This document shows, piece after piece, positions 25,058 to 37,810 of a stretch of 64,000 bases of DNA; positions within the stretch are counted from its first letter, which is position 1, and every line of letters starts with the position of its first letter. The notes beneath the pieces were generated by a model. It was not told the origin of the DNA, did no database searches, and worked only from the letters and a program-made list of their open reading frames with translations. The position numbers were made by a program, and so were the translations under genes. The stretch comes from the human T2T-CHM13v2.0 reference genome, Homo sapiens: the NCBI RefSeq assembly GCF_009914755.1, contig NC_060929.1; one strand, written 5' to 3'.

Positions 25058-25715
25058 TTTCTCAAGGGTCCTGAACACACAACATCCAAAGGCATTTCTG
25101 CTACTTGAACAGCTTAACTGGCTCCCTCCACTGCCGCAGCTTCAGCAGCTGTAAACAGAAGCCAGGCTGCATTCTCAGGCCCATCTGGAAAGTAATAAGA
25201 CCCAGGGCCCGGTCCTAGGGGAGTCACCTGGTAGAGTCTACTCCCCAAGGGATGTGACTCTGATACTTGGAGCTTAGCAGAAAGAAACAGGCTGTGAGAT
25301 AAAAGAGAGGCTGATTTGAGCCCCAGGGACAGAGTGTTCATTCACTCAGAGCTCTTAAGCTGAAGGCAACCTCTGCAAGGCAGGTGGCAGGGCCCTGTGT
25401 CTGCCTTCAGAGTCTTCCAAGGCTGGGGCTTCCAGAAACTTGCAGCAAGAGCTTCCTGGTCCTAAGTGGAACTCTTTTGGTTCCTGGGGATGTCTGCATA
25501 AGAAGCCAGGAGACTGGTGCAGTCTCAGCCCAGTGCACTGCCGCCCACGCCAACCCTGGGGCTGCAGCTCAGCCAACTTTGACTCACTCTCCAAGAATCA
25601 TTCAAAATTGAGTCAACAATTAAGAATGATTACCAGATGACCACTAATGATGAAAGTTTCTCAAGGGTTCTGAACACACAACATCCAATGGCGTTTCTGC
25701 TGCTTGAACAGCTTA
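25058..25715 (+). repeat. 59-bp dispersed direct repeat (25058-25116 and 25657-25715)
   Basis: 55/59 identical by manual alignment, offset 599 bp. Confidence 0.92.
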
Positions 25716-26087
25716 GCAGGACATGTCAGTCCTTCATTGCCCCTTCTCACACTTCCACACACCACAGGATGAAGACATTTATAGATCTCAAGAAACTTGG
25801 GGACTAGACCACAGGCAGCCCCAGTCATAGTTATCAGCTGAGGCATTTTCCCCAACAGATGCCAAGTGCTGCAGCAGAGAACTTGAGTGGATGTCAGAGA
25901 CAGAGAAAAACAGGTTGGCCTAGGGTGATGGGTGTCAAAATCTGCAGTACTACATGACAAGCTTTGTGGCAGAATTTGAGCTTATTTTTGCCTCTGTATC
26001 CAACTTTGTTAACATGCCACACTGTCCTCCGGGTGGTCTCAACGGACAGTGCAATCACAAGGATCATGAATCAGCTGAGCAGATCCG

Positions 26088-26155
26088 GGAACAGCACAGA
26101 CTCCAAGGCAGAGTAGCTTCTGGAACAGCACGGACTCCAAGGCAGAGTAGCTTCT
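26088..26155 (+). repeat. 34-bp tandem duplication
   Basis: ggaacagcac(a/g)gactccaaggcagagtagcttct x2, one mismatch. Confidence 0.95.
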
Positions 26156-26159
26156 GGGA

Positions 26160-26335
26160 CTGAACCCTGCCTCTGCTGCTTGCTAACCTTGCTATACCTC
26201 ACTTTCCTCTCCTGTAAAAATGGGGATAATAACAGCACCTGCTATTGCTTGGTGGTTGTCATGAACATTTAATGAGTTAATATCTGTAAGTACTTAGACC
26301 TGGAACATGCTAAGCACCTCATATGTGTTTATTAA
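26160..26335 (+). mobile_element. MIR
   Basis: cctcactttcctctcctgtaaaaatggggataataacagcacct...aatgagttaatatctgtaag. Confidence 0.8.
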
Positions 26336-28254
26336 GTTTTTTGTGTTTGTCTTTTTTCCCAGAGTAAATAATCAGTTTTCATAATAACAAAGAACCATAG
26401 TTAACACTCACTGAGTGCTTTTGACATACAGGCAGTGAACTCTGATTGGATTACCACATTTAATTTTCATAGCCACCAAAGGAGGTAGCTGCTATTAATG
26501 TGCAAGCCTTAAAAATAAATTGCTAATGAGAGATGCAGGACAAACCTGGTCTGTGACTCCAGAACCCAAACTCTTCACCAGTGTATGCTTGAAGCATGAG
26601 AATCTCCTACTATCTTCTTTAAAAAGCTGATTGCGGGGCTCACCTCATGCCAAGGGCCCAAGTGCACCATATTCTTAAGAGGCTTTGGGGGCAGAATGAG
26701 ACTTACTGGGTAAAAGGAGGGGGCAGCCAGATTACCCAGTGCTGCAGAGGATGGTCCACGATTCCCTCTCAGTACACCCCACAGGATGAGGTCACCAGCC
26801 CTGATCTTTCCCCAGAGGCTGGGGTGCCCAGCTCTGGACACCTGAGCCCTCAGCCTACCCCCTCTGAATGCAGCCATCCCCCAACTGAGTCAAAGGAACC
26901 ATGGTCTGGTCAATTTTGTTCCTGTAGTTTTGCCATCTGTCACCCTACCTTAGGCTAACTCCTGTAGACCACCCTCCACTTCTGGAAGCTAACATTTCTT
27001 TAAAAACAAAAAACCTCCAACCCAAAATACTAATAAATAAAAACTGTTCGTTATTAAACTCCCTACATACTTAACAATTTGCATACAGAAATCAAGTCTG
27101 CTAAAAATCAATTACTAGGGTCTGAATACTTCAAACATGTATGCAAATTATTTAGAGTAAATGAACTTCACAGAGCAACAAAACAGTAACAAATCAAGCT
27201 GTCAGCATTTGTTTAATCACCTCGCCGCATTTTGTTTTTGAGAAACAGCAACACTGGGATTGAAAGGGGATGAGGAGTGTGTCATTTCCATTTAAACTCA
27301 GGCCTCCCAAATACGTTTTACCTAGCAGCCTCAAGGCTCAGGGTGATGGATGCTCCTGAAAGGCACCCAGCACCAGTACTGGAAAGGACTGTGGCTGCAC
27401 TTTGTAAAGGGAAGGATAAGAGATCCGAATAATAAGTGGCATTTGAGAGGCCTTTTAATAAGTAGGGGAAACTGTAGGTGAGAAGGTAGGAGAGGCAGCT
27501 GAGCGTGACAGCCCTGAGCAGAGTTCAAAGTTTCCTTGTCATGGTGCTATTGATTTCCTGGGGACTTGCTCCAAGTTTCAATCTCTCTCCGCATACAAGG
27601 AGTGAGAGGATGCAGACATCCCCAGAGGATGACAAAGCCCTGTGTCTTCTCTACCGCTTCTATCACCAAACCTGCAGGACTCCTGTGGACCCAAACAGGA
27701 CAGCATCCCTAGCACAGAGCAGGCGCCCACCAAAGGTTAATTTTATCTTTCCCACCTATATGCAGAACTATTCAAGAGTCAACTGGCACCCAGCACAAAT
27801 CCAATTATTTTTTTCAAAATGACTTTTTACAGAAACCTTTCTCAAGGAACAAACCAAGAATGAATTAATTTAAAGAGATTTGTTAAGCTGTAAAGCATTG
27901 AATTCAAAAGCCAGTTAATTACTGGTTCCATGTAACTTTTTTTGATTAATTTTATTTTTAAGCTCACTACTTGGTCTCAATTAAGGTGGTGATATTTTAA
28001 TTATCTTAATTGTTTCTGAACTTGTTTTTCAGTTCAACGAGTTATTTTTTAATTAGCTACATTGATTTTAAAATCCTGAATCAAGCCTTTGCACTCTTCT
28101 TGAGCACATCCTATAGGCTAATTGGCAAAGGGTCATGACACCTAGCACAGCAGAGCTTGATACCACCTCAGAGATGCTCAGATGAGAAGAAGGTTCCATT
28201 TTGTGGGGTGGCCCAAAGGGTTCTTCACCTGGGGGAAATCACACACATTTGTGT

Positions 28255-28660
28255 TTATTCAATTAATATTTACAGAGTATCATTCAGCGTGAAGAATCTT
28301 TCTGCAGGCTAAAGGTGAATACAAAGAGGTGAGCAAAAAGATGTTCTTCCAGCTCTCCAGGGGTTCACTGTTGAACATAGGAGACAGGTGAGACAGGTAA
28401 GGTACCTAATTCAGCCTTTCAGGGGGTCAGGTGAGACTTCCTGGACAGACTGACATCTATGGAAAAGTAGGTTTAAACCAGATAATAGGATGAGGAAGAA
28501 CACTCCAGATAACAGGAAGTTGTCTTTCCAGGGGTAAGAAAGTTTGTGGCAGGCTTAAGGAATTCAAGTGTTTCATGAGGCTGGCAGCAGTTGGAGCAAG
28601 CCGGTGAGTAAAAAGGCTGGAGAAGAGGCTGAGCCTGGTCCTGAAGGGCCTTGGAGCCAC
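28255..28660 (-). mobile_element. L2 fragment
   Basis: ttattcaattaatatttacagagt...ctctccaggggttcactg...gggggtcaggtgagacttcctgga. Confidence 0.6.
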
Positions 28661-30047
28661 AGGGACCATGCTGGGGAGCCAGGGCCTTTGAGTTCCACAG
28701 TGCCTTCAACCCAGCATGCAAGAACCTGTGACCAGACTAAAGTCGGGGGAGAGGGGCAGGAAGAGGGAACCCTAAATATGCATTTTATGTAGAAAGTGGC
28801 ACTTAGTAAGAACAGACACACTACATATATTCTCGTCCGCCAAATGACAGAGGACATCAGGGCTGAAAGGCCCAGTGGTCAACTCTTAGAACCCCTTTTC
28901 TCCTGCCAGGAACCTCCTTCCTCCCTCTCCCCAGGAACACCAAGCCACACAGGATTCCGGGAGGCACAAGCCTACCTGTTGAGACCAGTAAGCAAAAGAT
29001 TAATCTAAAACAGCAGCTTGAACTCCTGGCCCACTCTGGTGAGTTCCAGAATCTTCCTCAGGCCAGAGGCCACTCGATTTGCAAAAAGTCCACCAGTTAA
29101 AGATGCCTTGTTGTCTCGCTGTTGCTTTTAAGACTGCTCTCTGCCTGAGTCATGCGATCCCAAGGTTCACGTGAAGAGCAGACACTCCCAGTGATTCATT
29201 AGGAGTGACTTAATGGACGACTGACAAAGAAATTACACCAAACTGTGAAAACCTCGTCAAGCTATGAGCAGGAACATTTATTGCAGCTTGTCTGTCCCCA
29301 TGGTAACCCGTGCATGCATCTTGCCTCCCTTGTCTCCAGAGAGGCTTGTTCACCAGCTGACGACAGAGCCTCTCAGAATATAAAATAGAAGATTCTGCCC
29401 ATAGGATTTTTGCTGTAACCAGAGAAGAATGGCAGCTTGGAAAGCCTCCTCACAATTCTTTCCTTTCATATTCAAGGGGCTGGCCAAGTTCTCCGAGGCC
29501 AAACAAAGGGCCTATTAGACATGTGCCTGGATAAGGCAGAGAGCAGAGTGGCATAAAGGTTGGACTCATGCATTTAAGGATTGGGGAATTGGTGGGGAGG
29601 GACACAGGACAGACAGAGACAAAGAGGCAGAGGAGAGAAAGATGAGTCTGACCAAAGATAGCCCTCCTGGGAAGAGACCTTTTCTTTCCCCTTTAAACTG
29701 AGGTCCTGGGGACTTCTTTCTGTGTCAAAGATAAAAGCATCTTCTCTGTTACATTATTTGTGTATGTGTGTGTGTGAGGTGGGGGAGAGGGTTATAAATT
29801 GATAACAGCCTTTTTTGGGGGTCAATTTTTTGGTTGTGCCCTTAAATGATAACAATTGTTAAATGTAGGTAGATGGGTGTATAGCAGTTTATAGTATCCT
29901 CTCAACATTTTGGTATACATAAAAATTATAACAAGAGAAAAGGGAAAAAAGAAACATCCTATGACCCAGCAAGTGAACATATTAGGCAAAAATGTTCATC
30001 TTAATAATCTATAATAAGGGAAAATTATAACACTTTGAATGTCCATC

Positions 30048-30449
30048 TGTGTTAGTCTGCTCGGGCAGCCATAATGAAAGTACCACAGACTGGTGGCTTA
30101 AACAACAGAAATTTATTTTCTCACAGTGCTGGGGACTAGAAGTCTGAGATCAGGGTGCCAGTAAGGTGAGGTTCTAGGAGGGCCCTCTTCCTGTCTTGCA
30201 GCCAGCCAGCTTTTTGCTACGTCCTTACATGGTCTTTCCTCGATGCAAGCACTTGGAGAGACAGAGAGCCAGCCCTCTCTCGTGTCTCTTCTTATAGGAC
30301 ACTTATCCTATCAGCTCAGGGCTCCACTCTTTGGACCTCTTTTAACCTTAATTACTTTCTTAGAGGCCCCCTCTCCAAATACAGACATCCTAGGAATTGG
30401 AGCTTCAACGTGGGAATTTGAGGGGGATAAAAACATTCAATCCAGAACA
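30048..30449 (-). mobile_element. MLT1A-type solo LTR (inserted in an old L1 remnant)
   Basis: tgtgttagtctgctcgggcagccata...ggcttaaacaacagaaatttattttctcacag...acattcaatccagaaca; TSD ccatc/ccaac. Confidence 0.88.
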
Positions 30450-33400
30450 CCAACTGTAGGGAAATGGTTTAGTTAATAACATAATACATTTTTTAAACAT
30501 CATGCAACTATTTTACAGAAACTAGTAGATCTATATTTGGTAACATAGGTAGATATTTATGATAAATTAAGTGAAAAGGCAAGTTGAAGATGAGAAAACC
30601 AATTTGAAACGGTAAAGTAACTTCCCAGCACCATAAAGCCTTAATGGCAAAGCCAGTACTCAGAACCAGACCTGCCTTCTTCCAAAAGAAGCGCCTTTCC
30701 CTTCCCTACCCTTCCTCTCCCGACAGCCACAGCCTCTGCCCCACTCACAGACCAGGGCCCTCAGTTTCTCCTGATTGCCCTCTATCTCATATCCTGTCTG
30801 CAGCAAGGAGACAATGACAAGCCATGACCATGGCCAGGGTCCAGAGCAGGTGTCCAGCCCTGGGTGATCTTGGCATGTGTCTCTGAGATGAAGGAGTTAA
30901 AGACTACCCACTACTGAGAGTGTCTGGGAATTGCTTGGCCCCTCTGCTCACATGCAAAGCAAGACATTATGAGCAACCACTGATAAGCCCAACATGGTAA
31001 TTTACATGTCCTGATCATTAGAAAAGAAGGCGTTAAGAGGGGTCTGCCAGAGCAGCTGTGGAAATGTGTGTCATAAAATCAACAACCACAAAATTTTATT
31101 AGCCTGGGCAGCCAAGCCTCCCTTCTCAAAGCTATCATCTCACATTTTCCCTGCTCCCCAGCTGCTCTGACAAGGACCCTCACTCAGCATTTCCATCAAG
31201 AAATTGATTTCCCTTTGAAAGTGCGATGGGAGTGGAAAGAGGAAGTAGAAGGAAAGGGGGAATTAAATAGAAAGGAAGGGGAGGGAGAACATTACATACT
31301 CTGTCACCCAATTAGGGGGCTGACATGGAGACAATGACAACGACCAACTATAGAATAATGTACTATTATCCTAATTCAACAATAAAGAAACTGATACAGA
31401 GATCAGATCATTCTTAATTTACCAAACTGGTAACTGACAGAGAAATGTTAAGCCTGTTTGTGGTCACACAGCCAGTGAGCCTGGATTTTAATCTTGGCGA
31501 GTCTCACACCAAGGCTGATACTTGAAGCCACTAAGCCACTAATGAAAATAACTTCTGATGGGGATAAAGGTGATGATTAAAGTGTCAAGCAGCAATGTAT
31601 CACACCCCTCTGTCCACCTTCCCCAAGATTCATGTTACCCAGAAGACCTCATAAAAAAAGACTTCCTGTGAAAAAAAAAGATTGAGCTATCAGAAATCAA
31701 AGCCAAATTGCTGGCTATCTTAATAAGCTTGTATTACTTTTATAATGAATACAAAAGTGCGAGCTGCTTTTAAAGGCAATGCTGCTGTCCTGTGAACTTA
31801 ACTCCCTCTGACTTAAGAAACAATAGTGACCAGGTGAACTGACTGTGGTTCCTTCCGTGAGGGGTTTCTGTGAAGTGTGCGTATGTTCCACACTGCTAAT
31901 GGGGAGATGCATGAAGCCCAGCGCAGCATGGGACAGGGCAGTGTAGGCAACAGGAGCTGAGAATGGCCTGGCCTCTAAGTAGAGAAAAAGATATCATCCA
32001 CAGAGAAGTCTTCACCTTCTCATCCATCACAATGGCCAGAATTTATTAAAATGCTATAATAGTAAAGGTATTTGGGTTCTATTTCATTATAATTGACATA
32101 AATTATTCATAAGACATTTATGAACAAAGGAGAGAGATTTACTCAAAATACAAAAGAACCAATTCTATAACCTAAGAGAATAAGAGGGCATAAAAAGCAT
32201 AGTAAAAATCAAATATTTCCTGGAAAAAAGTGTACTTAAAAGATCACTGTGGCTCACACAGTCTATCTTTTGTACCTGTGCTTCACTTTAATGCAATTAA
32301 AATTTCTATAAAAACATGGAGCTTTTCCCAGGCCAAAGACATCCAGAGAATTAACTCTTTTGGTGCTGATTATTCTGACATTATTCAGCAGCCATGGTTG
32401 TTGATCATGTAAGGATTGGGAAACTCAGCAACTCCAAGAATTTCTGCCAAATTTTTAGTGTACCTAGAAGATAAGAACCCAAAGCATTTGGCTCGGAGAG
32501 ATGTAAGTTTGAGAGGAGAGAGGCAGCTTTGCCACTTCTTGCCTATGAGGTATCTTGATGGGTTACTCAACTCTTTAGGATTCAGTTGCAGGCAAACAGA
32601 TCCACTTTACTGAGATGTTGTGAGGATCTGATGGGATAACACATGAAGGTTTTCTAGCACAGGGCCTGGCGCACAGTTCATGCTCATTTATTATCCTCAT
32701 GGCTTTTACCAGCTCTTTTTAGCTTGCTCCTAAAATACAGAAAATGGATGTCCACCAAGGGCAAGGGACCCTGGACACTTCAGAAACACAAGATCCTGGA
32801 GCCATAATTCTGTTCAGTCTTTCCAATCTCAAAATGGTAAACTCTATAAGAAGAAACATTAAAGCTTTTCAACATCAAGCATGGGGTCCACTTTGTCCCG
32901 AAAACTTCTGCTGACTAACCACATCCACACCACTGATGAAGCCACCCTACAACAAACAAGTAGCTCATGCCTCTCTAGTAGAGCTGTACTCTGCCTTGTC
33001 TCTACCCACAGATAGTAAGGGCTGGGAATAAAGGATGAAAATCCTCTTCCTCTCCTAAGTTTTGGGCACTAGGTTCACACAACAGAGCCTTGTACACAAA
33101 CCTACGCTCATGCTCTTTTTGTTTTAGGAGAAGCTCTGTGGGCTTTGAAATGTCACTATTGAAGAGTCACAGAGCTTAATTGTTAAGGTATCTTAAGGGC
33201 CTACATTCAAGCACTGTTGGTAAGAGGCTAGAAAAAAAGAAGAGCTTGGTTAGGGAAACAGAATCTGGCAAATATTGTTGATCCAAGCAGACAAGGAGTC
33301 CAGGGAATTTGGTGGCAAGGGGTATGTTGGGGACAAATGGGCAGGCAGGGCTCAGCAAGGCAGGTGTGGTGTATAAGGTTGGGGCTTTCTGATCCTCAGC

Positions 33401-33820
33401 CCATGAATGTCTTCTGCCCTCTCCTACAGAGCCTGGCAGTGACAGGTGTTAATTGAACAGGAAAGTCTGTAGGGAAAGCCTACCCCAGATTAGAAACAGG
33501 GATCTCAAATCACCTCTCAGAGCCTCAGATGAAGAGGTCACTTCTGCAGTATGGCAGCCTATGGAACACAGCTTCAGTGGGGCACTCTGGTGAGGTCATC
33601 TCTCAACAAGTCTAAAAATCAACTAAAGGAAGGGAAACAGGTAGGCCTACACCATATGCATCTAGCACAGCCTGGCCACTTCTTTCTCTTGTGTTCCCAT
33701 AATCCAATCTAATCCTTGCTTCTCAGACTATATGGTAGGCCAAGGAGAATGCAAATCTATATTGAATCTCCCTGCAGCATCTATTTTACCAGATGGTAGT
33801 AGGTAATCTAAAATTTATAT

Positions 33821-33971
33821 TTTGTATTTTGTAATTTTTTTTTTTTGTTGCTGTAGAGACAGGATCTGTCTATGTTGCCCAGGCTGGTCTCAAACTCCTG
33901 GCCTCAAGCAGTCCACCTATCTCAGTCTCCTGAAGTGCTGGAATTACAGGCTTGAGCCACCAAGCCTGGCT
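33821..33971 (-). mobile_element. FLAM_C/AluJ left monomer
   Basis: gtagagacaggatctgtctatgttgcccaggctggtctcaaactcctggcctcaagc. Confidence 0.9.
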
Positions 33972-36250
33972 AGAACTTATTTATATTAAGGTAATCAATG
34001 ATCTATTATGGAATAGAATGCAAAATGTATATAAACTTGTATAGAAGAGACTTCAAGAACGTACGTCTCACAGTGGATTCTGCCCCCGAACCTCAAAATA
34101 GGTATTTGCTCTTACTTGTCATTAGGAGCTCTTTGGTAGAAAAGTTTGAGCAGTGCTGAAAGTATGGAACAAGTTTAAAGGGTCCTAGAATGAAGTGGTA
34201 AGCTCTCCAGGGTACTGTTACATAAGATGGAAAATCAATACCAGTAAATGTACACACAAAGAACTCTCATAAGCAAATTCCTTATTCTTGCAGGACCAGA
34301 AAGCAGTTCCCATTAAATCTGACTAATCAAAAATATATCCCATGCCCCCTGAAACAGATTTCCATACCATCTCTTCCCTTGAATCTCAATCCCACAGGTG
34401 AAAGGTCCTAGAGTTTTTCAGAGAACTGACTCTGCAAAGTTCAAAGCTTGTTTGAGAGCCTTGTAAGTGCCAAGCACTGGGTGAGGTATTTAAATGAGCT
34501 ACAAAGCATTTGCAGTTCCCCAGATATATTAAAATTAAAGCTGTTACTACTTTCATCCCTCTCACTGTTAATTTTTCAGAAACATTTGGCTGTGGGTTTA
34601 TAAATGGATATTTGAAGACTATTCATTTCCAAGCCCTTTCTTTCTCCAATTAGAGCGGGTTCATTTCTGCTTCTTTAGGATGGTTCCCAAGGTTATTAAA
34701 TTTCATTCCTCAACTGATAACATTGAAGCCATCATGACAAAGTTAATGTTGATTGGAGCTGAAGTTTCTTGGGGCATCTACTATTAGAAACCACCTCAAG
34801 CTGAGAGAAAAATGGTTGCATCCCCCACTATAGGAACTGGTAAGTGCCGTATAACTTAAGTCTTATGTATTCTTGCTGTTTTTACGTTTTGTGTGTGTGT
34901 TCTGTGCTATTCAGTCATGACTAAAATACTTCATCAATGCATCTAAATAAGCTAAATAATTCGCAGTTCCTGCCTTGCTCACAACCAGCTCTTTCCCACC
35001 TATCTCTCCACCAATGTGCCACTCAATGGCTAATTACTTCCCTTACATTAGCTAAGATAAGGGCTATCATGCTAATATAAAACATAAATCAGGGCTTAAC
35101 TGCACATGGAAGACAGTTGCAACAATAAATAATGGAAAAGGACCTATGGGGTTTCCTAAGACAAGCATAAAACAAACACAAGGGGCAAAATCTTTCTTTT
35201 TTTGTTCTATAGCAATAAATACTGATCACCTAACAGGTAAGACACAGCAGAAAGAAAGTCATCTTTGGTTACTATAATGGCAGCAAAATTCTTTCCACCG
35301 GAGGGGTTGTTGACATTCTAGTTTTTGTTAAATTTAAGGATTCTAATTTTTTTCTTTTAAAGGAGCCTCATGACTCTGTCTTCTACAGTCTGGCTTGAAA
35401 CTTCCCTTCCAGAATGTGGTTCCCATTTCCTGCCAATATTCTCCTTATCATCCAATATTTACCCTGCCTTAATTTATACGGACAACCCACAAACCCTCAA
35501 ACATCTGAGGTGCTTTCATGTCTCTTGAGCCTTGACTGCACTGCTCAATACAAAATACCATTCCATTCTTACACCACCCTGTGAGGCCAAAAGAAAGAAT
35601 TAGAATTTGCCGGAGATAATCCAACTAGTAAGTAGCCAATCTGGGATGTAACTGTAAGTCTGCTAAATCCAGTTGAAGCTCCAAGAGACTAAAGACAGTG
35701 TCTATCCTCTTCACTGCCACATGCCACCTCTCACCCAACACAGTGTCTGGAATATCTTGGGGGTTCAATAACTATTGCTGAGCCCAGGTCCATGGGCTTA
35801 ACCACTACTCTAGCCTGCTCTGTGAGGCCAGGGGCCAAGTTTTGCTCACTATTTCTGAATCCCAAGTCCCCTGACATGTGTCTGCTGTAAAGGACATGTT
35901 CAGTTAATGCTGAAAAACTCTGTGCAAGGGGCATCTCTGGATGGATCTAATAACTTAAGATTTCCAGGTCACAAAAATTCAGAGCTGTGAGAATCCCTGG
36001 AGTATTTCCAGACCAACACACTCATTTTTCTTTTATTGTTTTGTTTCACAGAATAAAAACACTCATTTTTAATGTAGGGGAGACTTCAATTTGTCAATTC
36101 AACAAACATTTATGAAACTCATTTTATATGTCAAGTACTATTATAACCATTGAGAATTTAGAGATGCTTAAGACAGAGAAAGTCCTAGCTCTTAAGGAAC
36201 TCATGACCTAGTAGAGATGTGATAAGAAAGAAAAGAGGGGAAGAGAAAGA

Positions 36251-36585
36251 GGCCAGGCACGGTGGCTCATACCTGTAATCCCAGCACCTTGTGAGACTAA
36301 AGAGGGAAGATTGCTTGAGCCCAGGAGTTCAAGACCAGCCTGGGCAACATAGCAAAACCCTGTCTCTACAAAATTTTTTGAAAAAAATTAGCCAGGCATG
36401 GTGGCACGCACCTGTAGTCTCAGCTACTCAGGAGGCTGAGGTGGGAGGATCCCTTGAGCCCAGGAGGTCAAGGCTGCAGTGACTCATGATCACACCACTG
36501 CACTCCAGCCTGGGTGACAGAGCAAGATTCTGTCTCAAAAAAACAAAAAAAACAAAAAAAGAAGAAGAAGAAGAAAAGAAAGAAG
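36251..36585 (+). mobile_element. AluJ with A/GAA-rich tail
   Basis: J diagnostics gattgcttgagcccaggagttcaagaccagcctgggcaacatagc and ggaggatcccttgagcccaggaggtcaaggctgcagtga. Confidence 0.95.
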
Positions 36586-36685
36586 GCAGGGAGAGGAAAG
36601 AAGAAATAGATAAGGAAGAGAGGTAAGGGGAAAACATGAGATAATGATAAGACCTAAGCAGCACATTTTAAGAGTGATATAATAA

Positions 36686-36976
<291 letters not shown>

Positions 36977-37639
36977 GAGTGATATAATAGAGAAGCTCCT
37001 AGGTGGTCACTCTAGATTAAGTGGTCAGGGAAGACCTCTCTAAGGAGGTGACATTTAAGCCACAATCTGACAAGACAGAGCCAGTGTTTTGAAGATCTGC
37101 TGAGGAACAGTGCAATCCCAGGAGAGGGATTGCAAGGGCCCCAGGATGGGAAATGGCCTTGGAGTGATGGATAAAGAAAATATAGCAATAGATCTCATGA
37201 CTTTTCCAAGAACACACTATTGGACCAGGACCAGGAAGTATCTTTAGAATGATGGGTTCTCACATCAACATGTGCATCCTTGGTGCAATTAGTCTCCAGA
37301 TATCTGTTGAACATGTTGAAGTCTAACTGAGGTTCATCAGCACCAATGGGCTGGCCTTGCTCCAGATCTGTACTCAGCTTTATGATCATCATAATGCCCT
37401 CACAGACCCATGGGGCTGCTTCAACACAGGGTTCTTAAGTGACCATTGCTCAGAGTGCCAAAGCTAAAGGCGAACAATCTGCACAGAAACCAGATCACCA
37501 ACTTCCTGGTCACAGTCTTTGCTCCTATAAGCAAATCACCAACACGTGTGATAGAAATTATGTAGGAAGGGCCGAAGGAGAATGAACTGTGGGCTTCATT
37601 CAAAGGAGAATGAACTGTGGAACTGACACAGCCAGTTCC

Positions 37640-37810
37640 AAATCTGAGCTCAGCTCCTTGCACACTGTGTGACCTTGGGCAAGTTACATAGCTTCTCTGA
37701 GCTTTAAAGAGGAGTGGTAACATCTCCCTGATATGGTGGTCAGGAGGACTGGGTGAGACAATGTGTCAAATGCTTAACATTGATCTTTGCAAGTCCTCGG
37801 TAAGTGTTAG
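37640..37810 (+). mobile_element. MIR
   Basis: ctgtgtgaccttgggcaagttacatagcttctctgagc. Confidence 0.8.
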
